A stretch of 61,243 nt of DNA, filler included, from Platydemus manokwari (Eukaryota), in NCBI GenBank assembly GCA_037951405.1. It is 6 parts of 6 records of this genome, joined end to end, with 100 filler letters (N's around TTAATTAATTAA, not from the genome) between each part and the next. Parts side by side here need not be neighbours in the genome. Positions count along the whole stretch, not along the records: positions 43,469 to 52,430 come from JBBMOY011321982.1; positions 52,531 to 61,243 come from JBBMOY011361649.1; 4 more parts are not named here. The stretch is one strand, 5' to 3'. The notes under the pieces are model-generated. The model had not been told where the DNA came from. It saw only the letters and a program-made list of their open reading frames with translations, and did not search any database. Numbering within the stretch: the first letter of the stretch is position 1; each line of letters opens with the position of its first letter. A program made the position numbers and the translations under genes. This document shows, in pieces, positions 50,503-61,243 of this stretch.

Positions 50503-51928
50503 CCATATACTAATAAATCCTTTTCATCGATATATTTATTCCTTAAATTTAAATCATCTACAAACTCTATTCTTAACCTTTTAAACTTATTCAATGTCGT
50601 CATTTATTGGATATAATAAATTCTAATATAAGCATTTATATTTTAATAATCTTTTTAAAATTAATAATTTTACAAACACAGCATTTATTCATAAACAAAT
50701 CTAACAGAAATTTAAAGGTACACCTGACTTTAGATTATGTAAAAGCTAAATGGGTAAAAGTGTTTGGGTTGATCATCTCATCACTCTGATATGTATTATT
50801 GACACGACCCGTATTTGGTTTATCGTAATTAAAATAATTAAGTTAATATTTTGATTGCGGATTACTTTATCTTTTGCAATTACGTTTGAATTCACAAACA
50901 TTGGATTTTCGAATAACTCTGGCCAATGAACGTCGAAATCATCAACTGAACAAAAAACTTGAACCTATTTTACGTGAATAATGTGAACATGGTACTGACA
51001 GTAAAAATGCATATAATATTGCAAAACCAACGACTAGACAAGGTAACACATACATAAGTGTAATATAAGAGTTTCGAACCAAATAAAAAGACCTTACTGT
51101 ATCAAAAAATGTTGCATTGGTCGTGTTGTGTCGAGGTAAAAACAATATCCTATGGTAATTTTTGCACGATGTGCCAAACAGATAATATATTTCGACAAAA
51201 CAATTTATATTCAGTCCAGCAATAAAGCATTCGCATTAGAAATACATGAACATTTGGATGGGTTGAATTGCAATTTTGGTCAATAAAATTTTGTTATAAG
51301 AATGGTTGACAATTTAATATGTTTAAGAAAGACGTGTAATTTTATACTTATAATATAAAAGTCACCGCTTTTTACTAAGATCAATTTTAAAGATATCAAT
51401 GTCGAAGAATAACATTGGAATTCGATATCTTTTCCTAATATCCTTCAAAATCTTAATTCAGACATACAAGATAGATGAAGAGTTACAGTTCATGCACAGA
51501 CAACGGATCATGCCAATTATTTCTTCTGTAATTTTCAAAGTTAACAAACAGAATCTCAATACAAATGGAGGGAAAACATTCATCAACAGCCAATAATATC
51601 ATATGTAAATTGTTGTCTTCTTCTCATAATGAAATTGTTACACTATTGCTGATTAGAGGAAATTATATTAATTGCAATCATTTTTCTGATCCAATAACTT
51701 TGGAAAACGACTTACAAGATTTATTATCAAGTACTCTTTAATCGATTTACAACACATGATCATAATGTTTTTGTTTTATTGATTTGGGAAATTAATTATT
51801 AAATTATTGTTTTATTATTTAAGTTTTAGACTACGTTTATCGAACACACAACATTATTGATTAATAATAGAGAAGAAACGCCTTCTACCAGTTATCCATT
51901 TGATATTATTAATGACAATTCCTGGCCT

Positions 51929-52430
51929 TTATAAAACCTAAATGTTTGATAAAAATAAGTAGCAATCATTTCGCTATGATCACAACTAACCTCCTCTGAT
52001 GTTTCAGGTAATGGAATAAAATCTTGATCCCATTGCTAACAATATTAAATCACAAAATCAATCATTTTATCAATTACCATTGATTCCGATTTTGAAACAA
52101 TTCCATGTAATTGTTTTGTGATACTCGATGATAGCTGTAGTGTTTCCTTGGAGATGAATAACATTTTATGTCTCATATGTTTTTACATAACAAGCAGGAC
52201 GACTCACATTATTGTCCGAATTTACCAGAAGCTAACAATTGAAACATCAAATAATGGCCCCGGAAAACAACAAAAATTACCGACTCTGTAACCATTGGTA
52301 CAAGCAACTGGTCATTCATTTTCTGTTTATGACAACAATTATTAACAAATATGTAGTAGAATCCATAAATATTAACTCACATTCTGAGGTTTATTATCAT
52401 TCCATATTGTTATAATAACCAAGCATAAAA
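51929..52430 (-). CDS. 3' end of an unknown putative membrane-protein gene built from symmetric phase-0 mini-exons
   Basis: Exons: gap-52381 (LCLVIITIWNDNKPQN), 52322-52281 (42 nt), 52231-52187 (45 nt), 52134-52078 (57 nt), 52035-51991 (45 nt), 51937-51929 (VL stop). Introns of 58, 49, 52, 42 and 53 bp are all GT-AG; the spliced frame is stop-free. Confidence 0.72.
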
Positions 52431-52530
52431 NNNNNNNNNNNNNNNNNNNNNNNNNNNNNNNNNNNNNNNNNNNNTTAATTAATTAANNNNNNNNNNNNNN
52501 NNNNNNNNNNNNNNNNNNNNNNNNNNNNNN
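52431..52530. other. Assembly gap with synthetic linker
   Basis: 44 N + ttaattaattaa + 44 N. Confidence 0.97.
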
Positions 52531-52899
52531 TCTATGCTAAGTGTAGAACTAAAAGAACCAGTCACAATAAATATTAAGTTATAAGATAGTAAAATAAATA
52601 ATAATTTGTTATATTAGTGGATGTTTATATCATTGTTTAGCTGAACTATAATTTGACATTTTCAAAATTTGTATTTCAAAACAATGAATTTCAAATGTAA
52701 TTATTTATATGATTTATATTTTAATTATAATATTTTTATTTGAAAATATATTTGCTTACTAATTGTGATTGTTTTACCTCATATATTTTGATAATTATTG
52801 TAGAGTGTTCTTATAAAAATTATTTCTGTGGTTAATTTTAGATAATTTAATCTATAAAATTGGTCAACAAGTATTTATCAGTACATAGAACATTATAAG

Positions 52900-53350
52900 A
52901 ATGTTATCTAGGAATCATTGATGAAATTAATGATTATCAATGTGGAAGTTAATAAGATTTTGATTAATGCCTGTAGCACATCTTGTGGGTTACATTTAAC
53001 ACATCAAGAATTTTATAAATGAAGACAAATAAAATTGTCCTAGTTAATCAAAGTTAATCAATATTCGAATATTATTATTAACAACTAAATGTCCAAATAT
53101 TGATTACCAAACAGATATCGAGTTGAAAATGTTAGAAAATCATTTGACAAATTGCGAGAACAAGCCACTGATTAGTCCACATTTTGATATTGGTTGTGGA
53201 TCAAATAAATTATTTAATAATAAAGTGGATGGATCACCTTATACAGAGTATTTCGTGTGAAAATAAATAGATCTATTGGACGAAAAATATTGGAAATGTG
53301 ATTGTGCCAACGAAAAGGAGAAAAATCAACTTAAACAACAAATCATAATC
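52900..53350 (+). pseudogene. TRAF-like (RING + zinc finger) pseudogene
   Basis: DYQCGS*/NKILINACSTSCG (RING-like) followed by KCPNIDYQTDIELKMLENHLTNCENKPLISPHFDIGCG (TRAF zinc-finger-like), with frameshifts and stops. Confidence 0.55.
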
Positions 53351-53699
53351 GATAAACATAGATAAGTATAAAATCAATATTCTTAAAATCATAAATTTGA
53401 TTGAAAAATATTTTAGAAAGTCATTCATGATTTACAAAATAAAGAAAAGCAGAATTCTGAATAAATTAAATTGTTAAACGAAGAGATGTGCGGGTTTTAG
53501 AAAACAGCAAGTGAGATGAATCATTAAGCATTGATTTAGTTGTAAACATTTTGTTCAGTATCTCAAAGTCAATTTTAATATTGATAATGAAATTCAAGAA
53601 ATAGATTGATTGAAATTGCAAATCGAACTACAGCAGAAAGAAATCAAAGAATTCTAACAGGGATCTGATTTTGAATGCTTCACTGTTTATCAGGTACAA

Positions 53700-54700
53700 C
53701 CCGATGAGGTATCAAGTTATTATTTGAGTTTCTATTTTTGCTTTTTGAGGGGTTTCATGCATTCTCGAAGATGTCGAGCTGGCTTTGATAAATCAGAAAA
53801 GTGATCTTACTCTCAGAGCATTGGCGAGAAAATATTCCAGATCGTGTTATCAATTTTTACTTTCTGCCTCCCATGCTCGAGTAAAGAATTCCATTGTGCT
53901 TTGCACTTCGTCAAGGTGCTCCTTAATTCTGAATTGCTTCTTCTAGCTTCCTTTGTCAGTTTAACCTGCAAGTTGTTCGGTTTTATTTTGTCTTGCTAGT
54001 TTTATGTACTTTATCTTGTTATTCTTTCTTTCAATGTAAGGAATTTTTCACTTTTCGCTTTTATATATTCCATTTATTTAATTGAGATATTCTTGTTCTA
54101 GCTTAACTTTATTCCAAATGTTTCTTGAATTTCTATTGCGGTTATAATTTATTGCAAAACATGTTCGGCCACAATGAGTGAGCCCTTATACTATTCCTTA
54201 GACTTTAATTATGCTTTACTAATTATTCCGACTTAGGACAACGTAAAATTTCCCAAAGGTGTTCCATTTCTATTTGGTCCGGTAATATTAATATTTTTTC
54301 ATTTATGCACCTGTTTCTAGTAATGCGTTTAATTCCGAAATTTGATGATTGATCCTTTTGTGTTCGTTCCGTTCCTGCAGCTTATACGGTATCATTATAT
54401 GTTTCGGCTTTTTCGGAATCTCATTCTCTTTCACATTAGAGAAGAAGTTTTCTATTTCTGGAAAGTATTCTTATAATCTGTGCAATATATCCATTGCTGT
54501 TTTCTTGAAATATTATGGACGTAGTACTTTATAATTGTATTATTTTTGTACCATTAGTGTATCAAATGCTTCTATCTCTATTGGTGTAGTATATGCTATA
54601 TTATTTTCTTTATACCATATGATCTTCATAATCCATTATATTCCAAGTGTTGAATCTCTTGGAACTCCATTTCCTCTTACATAAATATCAGTTCAACAAA
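53700..54700 (-). mobile_element. Decayed Gypsy pol fragment (aspartic protease region)
   Basis: ELNALLETGA* at about 54305-54337 resembles ALLDTGA; the flanking sequence is degenerate and A-rich. Confidence 0.4.
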
Positions 54701-56549
54701 TCAATCACTTTAGTTTGAACATGGTTTTATTAAACGGTACATGCAGTTTATATCGCAAGTATTTATAACCATATTACAAATTTTTTGAAAAATATATTAT
54801 TTTGGATCCTTTAAGTTTGATCCTTTTATTTATTTTTATTTCCAAAAATAAATGAAATATTGACTATAGCTTTCAGTAATAAATTAAATTTCTTGGAATA
54901 ACTTTCATTTTTTTGGTTAATTTAGATTATGTTTCCGTTGATTTAAAAATGTGTTTTATCATTTTATCCATCGATCAAACTATAGTAAAAGGTGCGGCGA
55001 ATATTATGGCAGATACCTTTATATACTATACTAGATTGGATACTTTGCGCACTCTTATTGATTTAATTTTTCGATTTATGAACTATTATATACTAGTATT
55101 AATATGAATATTTATTTTTCAGTGGTTATTATGAAATAAAAATTCAATGAAGTAAATTTTCCAAATTTATAAAACGATGATATAATTAATTAAATTATAT
55201 ACATATTTGGAATGGACTGGAATTAACTGACGTTTAATTCCTTTGGGATTCTCTACTTTCCACCTTTTCAAATTTCTACTCAACCTCTTCAGTTGCTCTA
55301 ATAATTTCCTTAACTTGCGCCAATGTATCCAACTTTCATACTTATTTCTTCCATATCACCTTCATCCGTAATTTTATTGTAGTCCTATATCTTGCTGTTA
55401 CTTATTTATAATGTTTATAAGGTTCACTGTCACGGAATTCCTTCTGTCTCACTATCAAAGTGTATCATTAATTCTTCTGTTATTTTAGGACCTTATTTTT
55501 GTTATGGGAAATGATATCAACCGCTGTTAAATTTAAAATCGCTGTCCATTGCTATGGTTACTAACGTCTTAATCAGCCTCATGAGTTCTATTAAAGGCCT
55601 CTGATATAATAATATATTAGCGAACTTAATTACGTATTTTATGTCTCTATAAAACTTAAATAAACAGCTCTTCGCGTTTCATGCTATTTTTAATTTAATA
55701 TTGTTAATAGTCAAATAAAAAATAACAAACATAAAATGTAATGATCATGGTTGAAAAAATTTTCTAGAAAGAAAAGTGGGCACAAACTTCTGGTAGTAAC
55801 AAAATTAATTTATATCAACTTGGAATGAATCATACACAATTGAATAGCTTCTTTCTTCTAGTGCTTTCAAATTTTTATAGTCTTTGGCATTTAATGGTTT
55901 CAAAAATTCTTGGTTTCCTCGTCAGCTAACTATCATAAAATAATCTGAGACTATTGTTTAAACCAAATGCCTTATATTTAAAGGACTTTTGTCGCTTTTT
56001 AATTTTAAATGAATTTAATATTTTATTATTTTTCATATGCTCTTGAAGATATTACAAACAAATAATAAATGCGAATTTGCTTCTTAAAATTGACTTAAAT
56101 AAAAATTATCAGTTTGTAGAGGTTTAATTTGTCTTGAAGATGTTTAGTAAAAAACATTTCTTGAAAAATATTGTTGACTGATTGTTTCTGATCAATTTTT
56201 TGCTAATTAATGAAGATAACTTTTAGATAACTGAAATTTGTGTTCAAAAATTAACATCGATAGATTTTTTTATCCGTATTCTGGTATGGGTTAAGTTCTA
56301 TTATAATAATGATGTGCAAAATTAAGACCAACTTTTCTGTTTTTATTTATTTTGCTCCATTTTTGTAAGAACAAAGCTCTTTATATGTTTTAATTTTCTG
56401 ATTTTCAGAGATTTACTATATACAGCTACTTTACTATGTTTTCGTTTGTTTGGTTTATACCTGTTCGAGCAAACCAATGTGTTCTGTGTTCGCTTTGTTC
56501 GATTGAAAATTTCCATATATTTTTGCTCTATTTTGTTACAAAATTTATA

Positions 56550-57600
56550 TTTTAATTAGCAATCTGGTTTTATGTACTTAACTGAAAAAGTTATTATTTA
56601 TTCTATTTATCCAGTGTCCAATAATGTTCTCTTGTTATAAATTTATTATTTTTATGAATACCATATATATGAAATATATTTTATAGATACTGTGCTCGTC
56701 TGATCTCTATATACGTGTTCTTTTTAATTATGAACTTTTAAATTTGCTGTTCCATTTTTCATCTATTTCTGGAGGGTTGGTACATTCATTTCTGTCATTA
56801 TTATTCTTTCTTTGACAATTTACATTACTTAAGATAATTGGATTGCATCATGTACTTATTATTATACGATTTACATTATAAATACTAATATTAATACTTA
56901 AACTCAATACTTAAATTCATCCTATCTTGATAAAGATAAACATTATAACTTATTGCATTGTTCCTTATCACTTTCCTGAATTTAGCGATTTAGATTTTGA
57001 ATAGTCTCCACAAACCCCATTCATCAAAGCATTGATTTTCTGTTGTACTATCATGACTCGTCTTTAATTCTTTTAATATGTCTACTTACAACCTCTGAAT
57101 AATCAATTTAAGCCCCCATCAATCCTATTGTTCTTTTCAAAACCACCAACCTGTCTTGATTGAGCTTGTTGATGGCATCCCTGTATATATTGTTTACGCT
57201 TTTCCAACTTTGGTTTGCACTTGTATTCATGATATCTTCGATATTGGACTCTTCCGTTAAAATGAAGTTGGTAGTTTCTGGATATGGGGTTTTTCTCGTT
57301 ACAGATATAGCAAGTCAACATTTTATATTTTAAACCAACACATTTCATTGTTCAACAATTCAATTTATTCCGAGTATTGCTTTTTTGTTTTGTAAATCTT
57401 GAATGATTTTCTAAAATATTTTTCAATCAAAAATATGATTTCACAAATATCGATTTTTTATTTCAGTTCTATATCTATTTTTTTGTTTTTTCAGCTGATT
57501 ATTTACTTTCTTCATTGATTCGATCTTATTTCCAATATTTTTCATCCAGTTTCAATAATTTATTGTGCCAAGAAATTTTCTGCATAAGGTGATCCTCCAC
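56550..57600 (-). mobile_element. Decayed Gypsy gag-protease fragment
   Basis: Degenerate knuckles TCYICNEKNPISRN and VQYRRYHEYKC, followed downstream by RTLLDTG at about 56610-56632. Confidence 0.55.
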
Positions 57601-60600
57601 TTAATTGTTTAATATTTTTAGTGTTTTTAATAGTTGGATAATAAATTAAATTCAAAATATTAATGCAGTTGTCGTATTTTTTGGATCTTTTAATATTTTA
57701 TTATGTATTTATTTATCAATCTCTTTTGCCTCATTGACAGTATTCCGTCACACTAGTGTGATGCGATTTGAGGTTATTGTGTATTTTGTTTGTTCCTATT
57801 ATCAGTCTACAACTTTTCATCTGCTGAGCATTATCACGACTTATATCTGTCTTGAAGCTCTCAAAACTCCAGGTAGTATTAAACCTTATAATTAAGAATC
57901 TATTTTCTCCTCGAATGAAGTTATTGTATGGAGACAAGGCGATCGGCGTTGAATAGAACTTATTAAACTTTTGTCCATAAAATAACAATTTCACTTCTAA
58001 AAAGATGGTGAGATAATAATAATGAAAGCGGCACTATATTACAACAAAGTTTTGTTTTATAAGATTATATTTTTTACAACTATAAAATGTTGTACAAACG
58101 TGTACATATATGTCTAAAGTAATGATCTATAAATTTCTTCATAGTATTGAGGCAAAATCGATTTTCAAGAATGTGAGTGTCTGCTCTATAAATAGACAAT
58201 TTAACTACCTATTATAAATAGATTTTGATTTTAAATATAGAGAACGCTCACTTAGATTTATGGTCTTATTGGCATAATACAAAGGCTGGATATTGGTAAA
58301 TCTTCTATTGGTTTTATTTAAAAATGAATTGACGAATTGTAAAAATTTAATTATTATTTATTCATTATCGGGGAAATTTCACAAAACTATTTATCAAGAT
58401 AATTTTTGGGTTTTTGTTATTTCGCCAGGGACTTTTCAAGCATAGAGATTATTTCCCATGTTTGTTTATTTTGTCAAGGGAATATTTTTTATGCTTACCT
58501 ATTTCATCTATTAAGCTCACGAAATTATTCTCTATTATTTTTCGTGGATTTTCCTGAGGGATTTACAATCAATTAATAAATGATATCTTATTACTGCTTT
58601 TATTAATAATTTAAAGACATTTCTCTTACCTGCTTAATAATTTCTTTTTAAATTAACAAGTATTTTCTATCGAGATTACTCTCTGTGTTATTATTGTTAA
58701 TCTATCGAATATTTCTATTAATCATTAATATTATTATTTTTATTTTATCAGTAATTATTACAATTATTATCACTACTTTTCCAAGAAAATATAAATAATA
58801 AAAGCAACATTAAAGATTAATGATAAAGGACAAGTATAGATTATACAATATACACTTAACACATATGATCAATGTTTTATGAAATATTCTGTTCGATCCC
58901 CATTAAGTCTGTGAGAGTTTAATAATATAAACTTGTGTATCAAATTAGTTTGATATTCTTTCATTTGGTGCTCTGATTAGATTATCAGGATTATAGGAGC
59001 GGCTGAACGTTTTATTTTCGTCAATCTTTTTAAGGCTTTCCCACAATTATTTATTTGCTTAAATACTATTTCTATTGCCCCGCGGCTGAAATTGATAGTT
59101 ATTGATAATCAAACTGTAGTTTAACAACTCACAGCACTCTGCACTGAATAAAAGATAATGGATGTTTTGATGGTCTCTCAAAAGATCTAAAATTGCTTAT
59201 ATTAAAGTTTATTTTAACAAAAAATTATAATACAACAAATAAAATGATTACATCAATGTAGAACATACAATTTACGATTTATTTCTTCGTGATGTTGGAT
59301 AAAATCAAATTGGGATGCGAATCCAGCTCGCTAATTAAGTATATGAGTGAAATGTGAACATTAATGATTCTATAACTATTAATGCTTATTTTTGTTTGAT
59401 TTGTACTTCCAATGACTGTAAAATTTATCTTTCAATATACTATGTGGTAAGCTATTAGGCATATGCATATATAAATATTCTAGGTATCATAAGTTTTGTC
59501 AGCTGGTTTTGTAGTTACAGAATTAATAGACATACCTTAACTTTAGGATACATATGTTTTACCAAACTTATACCGCGGAATTTAATTAGGAATTAATTAT
59601 TTATTCGGTGGATATTTCTCATAATTTATTGGGATTTGTTATTTTTTATATTGCTTTTGTTTCATTAAATATTTTTATTTATATTATATTCGCTATTCGA
59701 TGTATTGATTATTGAGTTCATTATTTGCGCCTAATAAATCTCTGTAAGTTCCCATCGATCATTCAAACCTATTTGAGGATAAGCTTAAACGATTTTAAAA
59801 AATGTATAACGTAAATGACTTGTATTAAATATTTTCTATTCTAGTCATGAAATAATTCACTTCTTGATGTTTAATAAAATATTGCAAATTAATCAAATTT
59901 TTACCTTCAAATAAAATTAATTATCAGTAAATTACTTCTTTGAGAAATATAATTTTAATGTCCAATTCATACAGTTTTCGATTTGTCATTCCTTCGTAGT
60001 ATTGGGAATTGATCAGGTTTGTAGATTGCAATTATAAAGGAAATATATAAAAATTAAGATTGTTTTGTAAATTAAACTAAATTTTACTTTGATGATCGCT
60101 GGTAATATCCTAATTGACTATTGCAATGATCTCTTCGTACGGTGGTATATAATTTGATGACGAATATTCTTTTGTTTATAACTTCGACGAATAGTGGCTT
60201 CAATAAAATAATGGGTCACTGTTAGTGTTTAGACTTTATATACTGATCTTGGGTTGATATTGAAATCCCTGAGATTATTTGGTTATGGCTTTCTTTCACT
60301 GAAATTGCTGTTGTTCTTTAGAGTTGAATTTGCCTACATTTCTTTGTCACTGACTAAGGTAGTTGAGTAGGAATATAATGGAATATATATTGCAGATGAT
60401 ATTAAACTAATTATTATTACCAGCTTATGGCAATGAATTGTCTGATCCTTCTGTGTCGTACTGGTTCGAAAAATAACTGTTTTCTAAGGTTAAGATGACT
60501 GTTAGTGGTTTTGAAAAATGAGCGTTTTGAATCATGTTTTTTCTCTATTTTTACTTGTGGTGGAGATTGTTAAACTATGAAGCTGCTAAATTACACTGAC

Positions 60601-61243
60601 ATTTTGGAGATTTTCTGATAGTTGTAATTATTTGTTCGAAACTTTGCTGGTCATTAATTTTATATACTTGACTTTATATAAAATTTGGCTTTTCCTTTTG
60701 CTGGCCTAAACTATACTTTGGTAATTGTTAATTTTTCTTTTAATTTTGGTAAAATTAAAATATATTTTTAGTTTAATCAATTTTATTTATTACTATAGTA
60801 ATTGTTAATAATTAAATTTTTGAAACTCTTGCTTTTATCTTTAATCGATTCTTGCTTCTTAATCTATAAATCGGTTAAGGTAATTATATTATTATATAAG
60901 TAACATGATGTTGGGGAACTGACAAAATAAACATTACTTTTAGTATTTTTTGATCTTCTGCAGTAAATTGTAGTAATCCTGTCCATTTGTTTTGTTCTGA
61001 TCTGTAAAAGTTTATTATGTACCTATAATTCCGTTATTCATTATTATAAATATATATACATATTTGAAAAGTGGTGAAGTACAATAAAGATAGATATGGA
61101 TTAATAATGGTGATTGTTATTAGCGGTAGTTTTTTGGTTGTCAATATTAGAAGTCATCAATTTCAGAATCCAAAAATTGAATTTTTTAAAGATATTACTT
61201 AGACAATTTTTTGAAAGCTTTAATTAAATTTTAATTCCGAATA

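Noticed and set aside
50942-51145. ORF resembling the pre-M1/M1 region of a Cys-loop receptor (FYLVRNSY...LPCL)
   Set aside because: The matching part lies in a gtaagg...ctag intron-like segment, and no Cys-loop or M2-M4 exons were found.
1-61243. CRISPR arrays, tRNA/rRNA/snRNA/SL-RNA genes, prokaryotic operons
   Set aside because: None recognisable by eye, and the DNA is spliceosomal-intron-rich eukaryotic sequence. tRNAscan-SE and Rfam scans would be needed to exclude small RNAs.

Overview
This is very AT-rich eukaryotic (animal) genomic DNA with many short (mostly 42-62 bp) GT-AG introns and dense, decayed transposon debris. A free-living flatworm (triclad planarian) is my inference from intron size, a planarian-type mariner and a TRAF-like relic; the sequence does not prove it. 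Five 100-bp gaps carry a synthetic TTAATTAATTAA linker and a sixth gap is plain N, so contig adjacency is uncertain. Host genes I could splice by hand: (1) a minus-strand three-Ig-domain lachesin/IgLON-like gene with a GPI-type tail (3582-9073, possible signal-peptide exons at 20266-20496); (2) an intact intronless CYP2-clan cytochrome P450 (17338-18861, +), possibly nested in an intron of that Ig gene; (3) the 5' four exons of an inosine-uridine nucleoside hydrolase (37836-38642); (4) a complete 9-exon, about 252-aa signal peptide-EGF-stalk-TM protein (47931-49280, -); (5) the 3' end of a membrane-protein gene built from symmetric phase-0 mini-exons (51929-52430, -); (6) an orphan ORF running into a gap. 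There is also a TRAF-like pseudogene. Mobile or viral relics: a Polinton/Maverick (adintovirus-like) fragment with minor capsid (penton) and adenain protease pseudogenes, which is not represented in the supplied ORF track, an RLE-type (NeSL/Utopia-like) non-LTR element, several Ty3/Gypsy pieces, Penelope-like 3' ends, mariner, other Tc1/mariner and pogo fragments, and MITEs. All family calls come from motif recognition by eye; no database search was run.
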